Of a stretch of 64,000 bases of DNA, positions 35,659-46,035 are shown piece after piece. Within the stretch, counting starts at the first letter, position 1; each line of letters starts with the position of its first letter. Location of the stretch: assembly GCA_040755455.1 (NCBI GenBank), contig JBFMAY010000006.1:41770-105769 (forward strand), written 5' to 3'. Source of the stretch: Thermodesulfobacteriota bacterium (lineage in GTDB: Bacteria > Desulfobacterota > Desulfobulbia > Desulfobulbales > SURF-16). The translations under genes and the position numbers were made by a program. The notes under the pieces were generated by a model. The model did no database searches, was not told the DNA's origin, and was given only the letters and a program-made list of their open reading frames with translations.

Positions 35659-37287
35659 CTAGCCGAGTATTGCCTTGAGATCCTCATCCGGGGTTGAAAT
35701 GGGTTTGATGTTGAAATTTTTCACCAGCACATCAAGCACGTTCGGCGTAATAAAGGCCGGCAGACTCGGCCCCAGACGGATATCCTGGATGCCCAGATAA
35801 AAGAGGGTCAGCAGGATGGCCACCGCCTTTTGCTCGTACCAGGAGAGAATCATGGAGAGTGGCAGATCATTGACGCCGCAGCCAAAGGCGCCGGCAAGGG
35901 CCACGGCTATCTGGATGGCGGAATAGGCGTCGTTGCACTGGCCCACATCAAGCAGCCGGGGAATGCCGCCAATATCGCCAAGCTGCATGTCAAAAAAGCG
36001 GAACTTGCCGCAGGCCAGGGTGAGCACCACGCAGTCTTTCGGGATTTTCTCGACGATTTCCGTATAGTAGTTGCGGCCCGGTTTGGCTCCGTCGCACCCG
36101 GCCACAAGAAAGAAATGCCTGATGGCCTTACTTTTTACCGCGTCAATCACCTTGTCAGCCACGCCGAGCACTGCATTGCGGGCGAAGCCCACCATGACGC
36201 TGCCTTTATCGGTATCGGCCGGAAAGCCCTCCATGGCCAGGGCCTTTTCAATGGCTGGGCTGAAATCCTTGCCGGCAACGTGGGTGACCCCTGGCCAACC
36301 CACCAGGCCGGTGGTAAATATGTTGTCCTTGTAAGTATCTTTCGGCCTTTGGATGCAGTTGGTGGTCATGATGATGGCGCCGGGGAATTCGGCGAATTCC
36401 TTGGCCTGGTTCTGCCAGGCAGTGCCGTAGTGGCCGTAGAAGTGAGGGTATTTCTTCAGCCCGGGGTAGGCGTGGCAGGGCAGCATTTCTCCATGGGTGT
36501 AGACATGGATTCCCTTGCCTTCGGTCTGGGCGAGGATGGCGCCGAGATCCTTGAGATCATGGCCGGAGACAAGAATGGCCTTACCCTTTTTGGTGCCAAG
36601 GGGAACCGTGGTCGGCACCGGATGGCCGAAGGTGCCGGTGTTGCCGGCGTCGAGCAGCTCCATGGTGCGCAGGTTGATCTCGCCGCATTTCAAAACAAGA
36701 CCGACCCACTGTTCCAGGCCGAGGTCGGTGCGCAGGATGGAGGTCAGGCCTTCTTCGATAAAGGCGTAGACCTTGTCGTCTTCCTGGCCGAGAATCCTGG
36801 CATGGTCGGCATAGGCTGCCACGCCCTTGAGGCCGAAGAGCAGAATGTGCTTGAGGGAGGTGATATCCGGGTTCTCCCCGCTCTCTGCCTTCAGGCCAAC
36901 CGCCTCACCTTGCTTGACCATGCCGTCCAGATCGCCCGCCGGCTTAAAATTCGCAGCAGGTTCGCTGAAAACGCTTTTGCCGCCGGCGGCCTTGATTTTT
37001 GCCTGCAGCTCTTCTCTCAGCTTGACGGCCTTGTTGATCAAGACAACAAACCGATCGGCATCGAAATTGACATTGGTCAGGGTGGAAAAGGTTGCTTCGC
37101 AGATAAAAAGTCCGGTATCCGGAGTTGAGACCCCGCATTGGCGCGCCTCCCTGGCATACAGGGAAAGCCCCTGCACGGCATGAATGAGAAGATCCTGCAG
37201 GGCGGCGACATCGCCGGTCTTGCCGCAGACACCGATTGCAGTACAGGCCTTGCCTTTGGCTGTTTGCTCACATTGATAACAAAACAT
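35659..37287 (-). CDS. hcp: Hybrid cluster protein (hydroxylamine/NO reductase)
   Basis: MFCYQCEQT...C...GVCGK, SGHDL, GCDG, GQCND and SWYEQKA motifs. Confidence 0.97.
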   Translation of the reverse strand: MFCYQCEQTAKGKACTAIGVCGKTGDVAALQDLLIHAVQGLSLYAREARQCGVSTPDTGLFICEATFSTLTNVNFDADRFVVLINKAVKLREELQAKIKAAGGKSVFSEPAANFKPAGDLDGMVKQGEAVGLKAESGENPDITSLKHILLFGLKGVAAYADHARILGQEDDKVYAFIEEGLTSILRTDLGLEQWVGLVLKCGEINLRTMELLDAGNTGTFGHPVPTTVPLGTKKGKAILVSGHDLKDLGAILAQTEGKGIHVYTHGEMLPCHAYPGLKKYPHFYGHYGTAWQNQAKEFAEFPGAIIMTTNCIQRPKDTYKDNIFTTGLVGWPGVTHVAGKDFSPAIEKALAMEGFPADTDKGSVMVGFARNAVLGVADKVIDAVKSKAIRHFFLVAGCDGAKPGRNYYTEIVEKIPKDCVVLTLACGKFRFFDMQLGDIGGIPRLLDVGQCNDAYSAIQIAVALAGAFGCGVNDLPLSMILSWYEQKAVAILLTLFYLGIQDIRLGPSLPAFITPNVLDVLVKNFNIKPISTPDEDLKAILG

Positions 37288-37366
37288 GATATTCCTCCTA
37301 AGTTGAATAGTGTTTATTTGGCTGCTTTGATTTTAAGAAGATCATAACAAAGGCAGCAGGAAGCAT

Positions 37367-37384
37367 CCTTGACTTAGGTCAAGG
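37367..37384. promoter_or_regulatory. HcpR/Dnr (CRP-FNR family) binding site
   Basis: Palindromic arms CCTTGAC-TTAG-GTCAAGG, 80 nt upstream of hcp. Confidence 0.82.
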
Positions 37385-37846
37385 GGGAATTTTTTTTTAA
37401 AACCATTGTGTGCCGGGCAAATGATGAATCTGCTACGATGCTGGAATTTTGATATAAAACCGTGAAAAATGTTATGGCGTATTTTGTGCTGGCTTTGCCT
37501 GTGTCGTTAGCGATTCCAGGGGGGAGCGCCTGAGAAGCGGATGAGCCATTTATGGCCCCGGTTCAACAGGTTGAGGGGTCTTCTGGAGGCAGTCCCGCTT
37601 CAGAAGGGGTGCGCTCCAGAGAATAATTCGCTATGCAGCGCGACGTAATGCAACATTGCCGCCGGTCAATCCTTGCGCCTGGTGAAAATTTGTTGAAGGC
37701 TGAGCGCAAGCATCTCCCCCATTATTTTTATGTTTTGCAACGAAGTACGTAATCGGGAACAAGCGGGGCAAGGCAGCAGATGCATCTCCAGCGTAGTTTC
37801 AGAGCCAACTGTTTGTCAAATGGTTTCTGCAGCAAGTCAGAGGAAA

Positions 37847-37896
37847 AATGACAATCATAATATATAATTTATAATGACAATCGCAATGTATAATTT
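37847..37896. repeat. Two 24-bp direct repeats (Fur-box-like) upstream of the YeeE pair
   Basis: AATGACAATCATAATATATAATTT (37847-70) and AATGACAATCGCAATGTATAATTT (37873-96), 21/24 identical. Confidence 0.75.
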
Positions 37897-38042
37897 CTAC
37901 TGGTTAAATTTTATAATTTTAGCTTGCCTGCTCTTCCGCCTATCTATTACAGTCCTGTTGCAATATGGCAATATGCACTTGCCAGCCGATATTTTTGTCA
38001 TTGTGTAACTGCATAACCTAATTCAAAAAAAGGGAGAGGAAC

Positions 38043-38558
38043 ATGAAAGAAGGGAAAGCATGGAGTCCATACCTGGGTGGAGCACTGACAGGGGTGCTCG
38101 GGGTCGCATCGGTGGTGCTGACGGATAAATTTCTCGGGGCATCCACATCATTTGCCCGCTCGGCCGGCATGGTTGAACAAATTTTTTTACCAAAGCATGT
38201 GGCGGCGCTTGACTATTTTGTCAAATTCACACCGAAAATCGACTGGCAGTGGATGTTTCTCGCGGGAATTCTCTTCGGTTCCTTTTTCTCGGCCATTTCC
38301 TCCCACAGTTTCCGGATCCAGAATCCTCCTGACATGTGGGTCAGCCGTTTCGGTCCCTCAAAGGAGAAACGGGCCATCTTTGCCTTTGTCGGCGGCTGCA
38401 TTGCCCTGTTCGGCGCGCGTCTGGCCGACGGCTGCCCGAGCGGCCACGGCCTGAGCGGTCTCATGCAGCTTTCGGTGAGCGGCTTCATCGCTCTGGCCTG
38501 CTTTTTTCTCGGCGGAATGCCCGTCGCCCGTCTGCTTTACAGGGGAGGGGGAAAATAA
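38043..38558 (+). CDS. YeeE/YedE sulfur-compound transporter family protein
   Basis: WSPYLGG...FGARLADGCPSGHG. Confidence 0.9.
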   Translation: MKEGKAWSPYLGGALTGVLGVASVVLTDKFLGASTSFARSAGMVEQIFLPKHVAALDYFVKFTPKIDWQWMFLAGILFGSFFSAISSHSFRIQNPPDMWVSRFGPSKEKRAIFAFVGGCIALFGARLADGCPSGHGLSGLMQLSVSGFIALACFFLGGMPVARLLYRGGGK

Positions 38559-39085
38559 TGGATCTCTTCTACGGACTTTTTACCGGCATCATCTTCGGTT
38601 TTCTGCTGCAGCGGGGCAGGGTTCTCCGGTACGATAAGCAGCTCGGCGCCTTGCGGCTGCAGGACATGACCATTATCAAATTCATGCTCAGCGCCGTTCT
38701 GGTGGGCATGGTCGGCATCTACCTGTTCCATGACCTGGGCATGATCAGCAAGATGGACATCAAGACCACCAGCATAGGCGGCAACGCCATCGGCGGCCTG
38801 ATTTTCGGCGTCGGCTGGGCACTGCTGGGCTACTGCCCAGGCACGCAGATCGGCGCCATCGGTGAGGGGAGATGGGATGCGATCTGGGGGCTGCTGGGCA
38901 TGCTGGCCGGCGGGGTGATTTACGCCGAGGCCTACCCGTTCCTGAAAAAAACCGTACTGACCTGGGGCGACTTCGGCAAAATCACCCTGCCGCAAGCCTT
39001 GGGCATCAATCACTGGTTTGTTATCCCTCTTTTTGTGGTAGGAGGCCTGTTGTTCTTCAGTTTTTTGGAGAGAAAGAAGCTGTAA
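38558..39085 (+). CDS. YeeE/YedE family protein (second half)
   Basis: GIIFGFLL...FGVGWALLGYCPGT. TAATG overlap with the upstream gene. Confidence 0.9.
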   Translation: MDLFYGLFTGIIFGFLLQRGRVLRYDKQLGALRLQDMTIIKFMLSAVLVGMVGIYLFHDLGMISKMDIKTTSIGGNAIGGLIFGVGWALLGYCPGTQIGAIGEGRWDAIWGLLGMLAGGVIYAEAYPFLKKTVLTWGDFGKITLPQALGINHWFVIPLFVVGGLLFFSFLERKKL

Positions 39086-39116
39086 TCCGCGGGAGAAAAA
39101 TTTTCCGGCGCAGCTG

Positions 39117-39584
39117 CTAATAAATAATTTTGTTGTCAAGCTTGGCCCACTGTTGGAAGACAGCCAAGGCCTCGGCCCGCATCCCTTGCTCCATGGGCAT
39201 CTTTCTGCTATCATGCTGTCGCAGGAGTTCACTGTAGAGAAAGTCATCGGCAAAACCCAGGTCCGCCGCATCCTTTCGGTGGGCGGCGAAATAGATCTTG
39301 TCGATACCGGCCCAGTAAAGGGCGGAGAGGCACATGGGGCAGGGTTCACAGTTAACGTATATCATGCAGCCGGCAAGGTTGTAATTGTTTAATCTGCGGC
39401 AGGCCTTGCGGATGGCCACCATCTCGGCATGGCAGGTGGGGTCGTTTTTTTTCAGAACCTGATTCCAGCCCCGGGCGATTATCTTCCCGTCGCGGACGAT
39501 GACCGCTCCGAAAGGGCCACCTTCCCCCTGCCAGGATTTTTCCCTGGAAAGTCTGATTGCCTCATGCATGAAGTCCTGATTCAC
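39117..39584 (-). CDS. guaD: Guanine/nucleoside deaminase (cytidine-deaminase fold)
   Basis: GGPFGAVIV, HAE and CEPCPMC motifs. GTG start after GGAGG. Confidence 0.8.
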   Translation of the reverse strand: MNQDFMHEAIRLSREKSWQGEGGPFGAVIVRDGKIIARGWNQVLKKNDPTCHAEMVAIRKACRRLNNYNLAGCMIYVNCEPCPMCLSALYWAGIDKIYFAAHRKDAADLGFADDFLYSELLRQHDSRKMPMEQGMRAEALAVFQQWAKLDNKIIY

Positions 39585-39826
39585 GGTGGTTCCTCCCATA
39601 TTTAAGGATGCGCGGGTGAAGCGGGGTTGTCTGTTCCAGACGGTGTGCTGAAGGTTGCGGCCGCGCAGCCCTCTTTTTTATTTTCCTGATAAAATATACA
39701 GCGATTGAGGATTGCGTAACAGGGAAATCTCGCGTACCTTGTTGTCGATATTTTTTTCGGGAATATTTTGGGCAGAGCAGGCTTGTCCTGCTGGCGCAAT
39801 GGAAAACTATCAAGAGATAAACGGTA

Positions 39827-40423
39827 TTGAATTATTTGTTTGTCATCATCTCCTATCTGGTCGGTTCCATCCCGTTTGGCCTCCTGCTTGGCAAATTGGC
39901 CGGCATCGATGTGCGCCGGGACGGCAGCGGCAATATCGGCGCAACAAATGTCAGCCGGCTGCTGGGTAAAAAAGTCGGCGCCGTGACCCTGCTGCTGGAT
40001 GCGGCCAAAGGACTGCTGCCCATGGTTGCGGCCGGGGTACTGGGATGTGAACAGGAAATCGTCATGCTCTGCGGCGCCGCCGCCTTCATCGGTCACCTGT
40101 TTCCGCTCTATCTGGGGTTTCGCGGCGGCAAAGGGGTGGCTACTGCCCTGGGAATATTTCTGTATCTTTCCCCTTTGGCCCTACTTATCTGCGCTGCTGC
40201 CTTCTTTGTCGCCGTATATCTGTCGGGATTTGTTTCGCTGGGATCGCTCATTGCTGCAGGTCTGATGCCTGCTGTGGTTTTTTTGCAGCAGGGAAGCGGC
40301 AACTGTTTTTATCTGGCCATTTTTATCAGTCTGTTCATCTGGATCAAACACAGGAGCAACATTGTCCGGCTGCTGCATGGTGAGGAAAAGAGCTGGAAGA
40401 AGAAAAAAGAGGCTGCCGCATGA
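39827..40423 (+). CDS. plsY: Glycerol-3-phosphate acyltransferase
   Basis: YLVGSIPFG, GSGNIGATN, FRGGKGVAT and KHRSNI motifs. Confidence 0.95.
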   Translation: MNYLFVIISYLVGSIPFGLLLGKLAGIDVRRDGSGNIGATNVSRLLGKKVGAVTLLLDAAKGLLPMVAAGVLGCEQEIVMLCGAAAFIGHLFPLYLGFRGGKGVATALGIFLYLSPLALLICAAAFFVAVYLSGFVSLGSLIAAGLMPAVVFLQQGSGNCFYLAIFISLFIWIKHRSNIVRLLHGEEKSWKKKKEAAA

Positions 40424-40743
40424 CCAAGAAAGACTGGGAAAAAATTGTGGCAGCCAGGGATCTGCTCGGCCTTGAAGAAAAGGCAACCTTTGCGGATATA
40501 AAGAAGGCCTACCGCAGGATGGCAAAAGAACACCACCCTGACCTGGCGGGCAGTCGGGAGGGCGGAGAACTACGTCCGGTGGCGATGCATGAAATTACCG
40601 CCGCCTACCAGGTGCTGCTGGCCTATTGCCAGCATTACCGCTTCCCCCTGGTGATGCAGCAGGACGCCCTGGACCCTGAAGACTGGTGGCTGGATCGTTT
40701 CGGCCAGGACCCTTTATGGGGGAAGCGGGACAATGACACCTAA
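40420..40743 (+). CDS. Small J-domain protein
   Basis: IKKAYRRMAKEHHPD. Confidence 0.85.
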   Translation: MTKKDWEKIVAARDLLGLEEKATFADIKKAYRRMAKEHHPDLAGSREGGELRPVAMHEITAAYQVLLAYCQHYRFPLVMQQDALDPEDWWLDRFGQDPLWGKRDNDT

Positions 40744-40746
40744 GCG

Positions 40747-42630
40747 TTAGTTCAGGTACTTCTCATTAATCGTTATCTTGCCGCTTTTGGTGAGATAATC
40801 GATCCAGGCATCCATGACTTCCTTTTGTTTTTCCATTGCCAGCCGTGCCGCAAAAGCTTTTCTGGCCTGCTCGTCGTTGTCTCCGGCGTCTATCTTGTCC
40901 TTAAAACGGCAGATATAAAAAGCGTTGTCTGCGGCAATGACCGTTGCTGGATAGGGTGCCCCGGCCCCCAGCGTCAAGCCCGCCGTAATGAGCTCTTGCG
41001 GCAGATCCTTGCTTGTTTTTTTGGTGCGGGAAAAATAGCCTGAAACGTGGACCGTCAATCCCTTTTCCTGGATTTTCTGCAGGAAATCAACATCTTTTCC
41101 ATCGCGGATGGTGGCAAAGGTTTCTTCAGCATCCTTTTGGCACAGCGTTCGCGCCTCAGCCTCGACAAAGTCTTTTTTCACTTGCTGCTGCACTTCTGCC
41201 AGGGCTGGAATCGCCGGTTCTTTCCTGTCTTCAACAAATAAAACGCTGTAGCCCTCCGGGCTGTCGATAATGGAGCTGAGTTCCCCTTTTTTTAGGGAGA
41301 ATGCCGTGTCAATAACCGCAGAATTGCTGGCAAGGGAGGAGGGGGGGGCAGTCTGCGGGAAGAAGTCCGTTTCCGCCAGGGGCACTTTAAAATTTTCCGC
41401 ATATTTTGCCAGACTGCCGGCAAAAATAATTTTTTCGTAGGCCTCATTAGCCTTTTCAAAGGCGTTGTTTAATGCCTGCTGTTTTTTCAATTTGTTTTCA
41501 ATGGCGCTTTTCACCCCGGCCAGGGGGGTGATGTTGGCCGGCTGAATATCTTCAAGGGAAATGATGTGCAAGCCGAACGGCGTCTCAACGATGTCGCTGA
41601 CGCCGCCTTTCGACAGGCTGAAAACGGCATCTTCAAAGGGTTGCACCATCTGGCCGCGGCTAAAAAAACCGAGATCCCCGCCCTGGGCCGCGGAACCATC
41701 TTCGGAAAATTGCCGGGCAAGGGCGGAGAAGTCTTCTCCTGCTTTGGCCCTAGCCAGGATTTTTTCCATTTCCGCGCGGCGTGTCTGTTTGTCCTGCTCG
41801 GTTGTTTTCAGCAGGATATGGCGGGCGCGCCGTTTCTCCAGCTGACCGAATTCTTCCTGATGGCTGGTATAGTACTGTTCGATCTCTTCCGCCGGAACAG
41901 TGACTTTGTCCATTTCGTCCTTGAGCATAAAGGAGAGGAATTTGATTTTCACCTGGGGCGGGGTCATGTATTTTTCTTTATTTTTATCAAAATATTGAGC
42001 TAATAGCTCGTCAGAAACATTAACCTTGCCGGTGTAATGTTCCGGTTTAAAGACGGCATAATCAAGCCGGGTTTCACTGTTGTCAAAGCGGAAGCGGTCA
42101 TCCAGCTCTTTTGGGGTGACCCGGGCGAATTCAGCAAGGCTGGCCCCAACCTTGCTGAGCAGCAGATCGCTTTGCAGACCTGCTTCAAATTTTGTCGGGG
42201 TCAGGCGGGATCCTTTCAGTACCTCCCGGTAGCGGGTCGCATCAAAAACGCCGTTGTTCTGGAAGACGGTCATCTCTTTAATGGCGTTCTGTATTTCATT
42301 ATTGCTGACATAAAGGCCCATCTCTTTGCCGCCCTGCAGCAGCAGAGATTTCTGGATCAGTTCATGGACCACCTGTTTTTTGAGGTTGAATGACTCAATG
42401 AAACCTTTGGGCAGGTTGCCGCCGAACTGGTTGCGGTAATTATCCATGGTGCGCTGAAAGGCCTGGTCAAATTCCTGCAGGGTAATGGATTCTCCGTTGA
42501 CGGTGGCCACTGCATTCAGGGCGCCGCTGTTTTGGCCGCCAACTCCCCAGAAGATAAAAACAACGATGATGACAAGCACGGTAGCCTGCAGATAGGGTGA
42601 CTGTGCTTTCCGGCGTAAAAGGTCAAGCAT
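40747..42630 (-). CDS. ppiD: PpiD/SurA-family membrane-anchored PPIase
   Basis: N-terminal TM, SurA_N domain and parvulin motif ARHIL...SED.SA.QGGDLG...PFEDA...FGLHII. Confidence 0.85.
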   Translation of the reverse strand: MLDLLRRKAQSPYLQATVLVIIVVFIFWGVGGQNSGALNAVATVNGESITLQEFDQAFQRTMDNYRNQFGGNLPKGFIESFNLKKQVVHELIQKSLLLQGGKEMGLYVSNNEIQNAIKEMTVFQNNGVFDATRYREVLKGSRLTPTKFEAGLQSDLLLSKVGASLAEFARVTPKELDDRFRFDNSETRLDYAVFKPEHYTGKVNVSDELLAQYFDKNKEKYMTPPQVKIKFLSFMLKDEMDKVTVPAEEIEQYYTSHQEEFGQLEKRRARHILLKTTEQDKQTRRAEMEKILARAKAGEDFSALARQFSEDGSAAQGGDLGFFSRGQMVQPFEDAVFSLSKGGVSDIVETPFGLHIISLEDIQPANITPLAGVKSAIENKLKKQQALNNAFEKANEAYEKIIFAGSLAKYAENFKVPLAETDFFPQTAPPSSLASNSAVIDTAFSLKKGELSSIIDSPEGYSVLFVEDRKEPAIPALAEVQQQVKKDFVEAEARTLCQKDAEETFATIRDGKDVDFLQKIQEKGLTVHVSGYFSRTKKTSKDLPQELITAGLTLGAGAPYPATVIAADNAFYICRFKDKIDAGDNDEQARKAFAARLAMEKQKEVMDAWIDYLTKSGKITINEKYLN

Positions 42631-42761
42631 GGATACGGCTCCTTCTCTCGAAAGGTGTTAAGTATAAGAAAGCTATGCGCTGCTTCGGCGGTGCCGGAGC
42701 GTCTAGGGGGCATTGATTGCCAATCCCCACTAAATTACCCATTAGCGCCAGCAAATGTCAA

Positions 42762-45443
42762 TTATTTCGTTGCCGCCAGATTCGGCCCCCAGGAAAGATT
42801 CACCACCAGTGGCACGGCAAGCTGCATGACGGTTTCCATGGCCTCCTGCACCAGCTTGGCGGCTGTTTCCAGTTCATCCATGGGCACTTCAAAAATAAGT
42901 TCATCATGAATCTGCAGCAGCAGCTCGCTCTGCAGCGACCGCTCCCGCAGCAGACGGTCAGCCCGAATGGTGGCGAGTTTGATGATATCCGCCGCTGTCC
43001 CCTGAATCGGGCTGTTCAGGGCCGCCCGTTCGGCGAATTCCCTAACGGTCTTGTTGCTGCTTTGTATGTCAGGAAGAATCCGGCGGCGATGCAACAGGGT
43101 GGTGACAAAGCCATCCCGTCTGGCCTGTTCGATAATTTCCTCCATAAACCTTTTCACGCCCCGGTAAAGATCGAAATAGCGGCTGATAAAGGTCTGGGCC
43201 TCCTTGCGGCTGATGTTGAGCTGACCAGCCAGGCCGAAGGCGCTCATGCCGTATACGATGCCGAAGTTGATGCTTTTGGCCACCCGCCGCATCTGGGGAG
43301 TGATGAGGGAGGGGTGGACACGGAAAATCTCTGCCGCCGTCTGGCTGTGGACATCTTTGCCTGCGACAAATGCCTCAACCAGTGCCTCGTCCCGGGAGTA
43401 ATGGGCCAGCACCCTGAGGTCGATCTGGGAGTAGTCAGCCGCAAGCAGCGTATGGTTTGGGGCGGCGATGAAGGCCTCGCGGATTCGCTGCCCTTCCTTG
43501 GTGCGGATGGGAATGTTCTGCAGGTTCGGATTGCTGCTGCTCAGCCGGCCAGTGGCGGTAACCGTCTGGTTAAACGAGGTGTGCACCCGGCCTGTTCGCG
43601 GATGGATCAGGCTGGCCAGTTTATCGATATAGGTGGATTTCAGTTTGCTGATGGTGCGGTGTTCAAGCAGCGCCGCCGGCAGTTCATGGTAGGCGGAGAG
43701 TTTTTCCAGCACCTTGACATCGGTGGAATAGCCGGTCTTGGTCTTGCGGCCCATCGGCAGCTTGAGTTTTTCAAAGAGAATGCTGCCCAGCTGTTTCGGG
43801 GAATTGATGTTGAACTCTTCGCCGGCCAGTAAAAAAATGCGGTCGGAGAGCGTGGCCAGCTGGTCGGCAAATTCTTCCGACAGGGCGGCGAGCATGTCGG
43901 GATTTACCAGGATGCCGATCTCCTCCATCCTGGCCAGCAGGGGCACCAGCGGCATTTCCAGCTCGACAAAAAGGGTCCACAGCTCCAGTTCCTGCAAACG
44001 CGGTTCGAAAAGCTGCCAGAGCTGCAAAGTGGAGGAGGCATCCTCGCAGGAGTAATTGTTGGCTGCCTGGGGAGTGACAAACCGGAATGCATCCGGCCGT
44101 TTGTCGTCTGCCGTCACCTGGGCAAAGGAGGTCATGCTGATATTGAGATGTTCCACCGCCAGATCATCAAGTTTATGGCTACGGCGGGTGGGGTCGAGCA
44201 GATACGAGGCGATCATGGTATCCCGCAGCGGCCCCTGGAGCCGCACCCCGTGCTGTTTAAGCACCTGGAGGTCATATTTGAGGTTATGGCCGATTTTGGT
44301 CAACTGCTGGTCGGCGAGCAAGGGGCGCAGGCAGGAGAAAACCTCTTCCAGGCTAAGCTGGCCGGGCAGGCGATGGCCGTTATTATCCTGGTGGCCGATG
44401 GGGACATACCAGGCCTTTGTGCCGTCTGCGCAGAGAGAGATGCCCACCAGTTCGGCGGTAAGCGGGTCAAGGGAGGTTGTTTCGGTGTCGATGGCCAGCT
44501 CAGGGGCCATGGCCAGCATGCGACAGATGTCCTGCAGCTGCTGCAGGGTCTGCACCAGGATAAATCCCTGTGTATCCATGGGCGCGGTCGGCGTCTGGTT
44601 TTTCAGCAGCCTGGCGAACTCAAGCTCGCGGTACAGGGCCTGCAGAGTTTGCTGGTCTGGTTGCGGCAGCCGGTATTCTTCAATGTTTTTCGGCACGGCC
44701 AGTTCACTTTGCAGGGCGATCAGTTTTTTTGACAGCAATGCCTGGTCGTGAAAGGTGACGAGTTTTTCCTTGAGCTTTTTCTGGGAGAGCCGGTCGATGT
44801 CTTGATAAAGACCGTCCAGACTGCCGAAATCGTTGATGAGTTTCTCTGCCGTTTTCGGGCCCACGCCGGGCACCCCCGGCACATTATCGGAGCTGTCCCC
44901 GATCAGGGCAAAGAGATCGTTGAGTTTTTCCGGGCCGACGTTGTATCTGGCGATAACCGCTTCCCTGTCCATCACTCTGTCGGACATGGGGTCCCAGACC
45001 ACGATGCCTGGTCCGACGAGCTGGAGAAGATCCTTGTCGCCGGAAACAATGATGACACGGTGGCCGTTTGCCGCAAGCCACAATGCCGCAGAGGCGATCA
45101 GGTCGTCCGCCTCAAAACCTTCCATTTCAAGGCCGCGGATATGAAAGGCCCTGGCGATTTTTCTGATATAAGGAATCTGGCAGACAAGGTCTTCAGGCAT
45201 GGGCGGCCGGTTCGCCTTGTAAGCCTCATAGATTGCATGCCGGAAGGTCGGCCCCTTGAGGTCAAAGGCCATTGCCATATAGGTGGGATTTTTTTCGCGC
45301 ATGACCCGGAGCAGGATGTTGGTGAATCCGTAAATTGCATGGGTCGGCAGCCCCTTGCTGTTTGACAGGGGGGCGATGGCGTGATAGGCCCGGTAAATGT
45401 AGGCGCTGCCGTCAACAAGGTAAACGGGGTCTTGATTTTTCAT
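42762..45443 (-). CDS. polA: DNA polymerase I
   Basis: 5'-3' exonuclease (LVDG...EADD), 3'-5' exonuclease (DTET) and polymerase motifs (DYSQIDLR, KSINFGIVYG, QIHDE). Confidence 0.97.
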   Translation of the reverse strand: MKNQDPVYLVDGSAYIYRAYHAIAPLSNSKGLPTHAIYGFTNILLRVMREKNPTYMAMAFDLKGPTFRHAIYEAYKANRPPMPEDLVCQIPYIRKIARAFHIRGLEMEGFEADDLIASAALWLAANGHRVIIVSGDKDLLQLVGPGIVVWDPMSDRVMDREAVIARYNVGPEKLNDLFALIGDSSDNVPGVPGVGPKTAEKLINDFGSLDGLYQDIDRLSQKKLKEKLVTFHDQALLSKKLIALQSELAVPKNIEEYRLPQPDQQTLQALYRELEFARLLKNQTPTAPMDTQGFILVQTLQQLQDICRMLAMAPELAIDTETTSLDPLTAELVGISLCADGTKAWYVPIGHQDNNGHRLPGQLSLEEVFSCLRPLLADQQLTKIGHNLKYDLQVLKQHGVRLQGPLRDTMIASYLLDPTRRSHKLDDLAVEHLNISMTSFAQVTADDKRPDAFRFVTPQAANNYSCEDASSTLQLWQLFEPRLQELELWTLFVELEMPLVPLLARMEEIGILVNPDMLAALSEEFADQLATLSDRIFLLAGEEFNINSPKQLGSILFEKLKLPMGRKTKTGYSTDVKVLEKLSAYHELPAALLEHRTISKLKSTYIDKLASLIHPRTGRVHTSFNQTVTATGRLSSSNPNLQNIPIRTKEGQRIREAFIAAPNHTLLAADYSQIDLRVLAHYSRDEALVEAFVAGKDVHSQTAAEIFRVHPSLITPQMRRVAKSINFGIVYGMSAFGLAGQLNISRKEAQTFISRYFDLYRGVKRFMEEIIEQARRDGFVTTLLHRRRILPDIQSSNKTVREFAERAALNSPIQGTAADIIKLATIRADRLLRERSLQSELLLQIHDELIFEVPMDELETAAKLVQEAMETVMQLAVPLVVNLSWGPNLAATK

Positions 45444-45516
45444 GGCCGCCACTCTAACAGGCAGGCATTTTTTTGGCAATAAATTGGCAATAAAAGAGAG
45501 GGCGTACACTTTTTTT

Positions 45517-45543
45517 TTAAGTTTGTGAAAAGAAAGTCGATAT
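45517..45543 (+). promoter_or_regulatory. Putative sigma28 (FliA) promoter of flgM
   Basis: TTAA-N15-GTCGATAT. Confidence 0.6.
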
Positions 45544-45628
45544 GGTAATTAGAGGCAAGTGTGGAATTGATGAGAACAAGCTGTGAAATCCCTATTAACA
45601 AGGGCTTAAAGGTAAACAGGAGCTGGTC

Positions 45629-45937
45629 ATGAAGTTAACGGATGCCATTTCCCAGATCAGGACAGATAATAAGGTTGAGGTAAAAAAAACCCGCAAGCTG
45701 GAAGGTGGTCCCGACACCACCAGTCCTTCAGCGGCGGATACTGTTGATTTTTCCAGCAGTTCCCGGGATGTGCAGAAAATGAAAGAGATACTGGATCAGA
45801 CCCCGGCGATGCGCATGGAAATGATAGAGTCCTTGAAGAAACAGATTGATGAGGGGACTTATCAGGTTGATGCCCGTGATATTGCGGATAAGATGATGGA
45901 TGATCTTCTTACTGAAAATCAACTCCTGCACGAATAA
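45629..45937 (+). CDS. flgM: Anti-sigma28 factor
   Basis: D.V..S and R...IESLKKQI.EGTY.VD...IADKM patterns, next to flagellar genes. Confidence 0.9.
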   Translation: MKLTDAISQIRTDNKVEVKKTRKLEGGPDTTSPSAADTVDFSSSSRDVQKMKEILDQTPAMRMEMIESLKKQIDEGTYQVDARDIADKMMDDLLTENQLLHE

Positions 45938-45968
45938 GCTTCCTCCCTCCTGCAAAGGGTGATTTGAT

Positions 45969-45998
45969 AAAAAGCCGGCCGCATGGCCGGCTTTTTTT
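45969..45998. terminator. Bidirectional terminator
   Basis: AAAAAGCCGGCC-gcat-GGCCGGCTTTTT. Confidence 0.85.
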
Positions 45999-46035
45999 GT
46001 GCCCTTTCTGCGGAAATCCCCTATCATAACGGTGC

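Noticed and set aside
37491..37660. 6S RNA, SRP RNA or cobalamin riboswitch identity for the long hairpin
   Set aside because: I could not find the SRP GGAA-loop motif, the B12 box or recognisable 6S conserved segments, so it is left unassigned.
38430..38450. Selenocysteine in the YeeE GCPSGHG motif
   Set aside because: The codon is TGC (Cys) and the ORF is uninterrupted.
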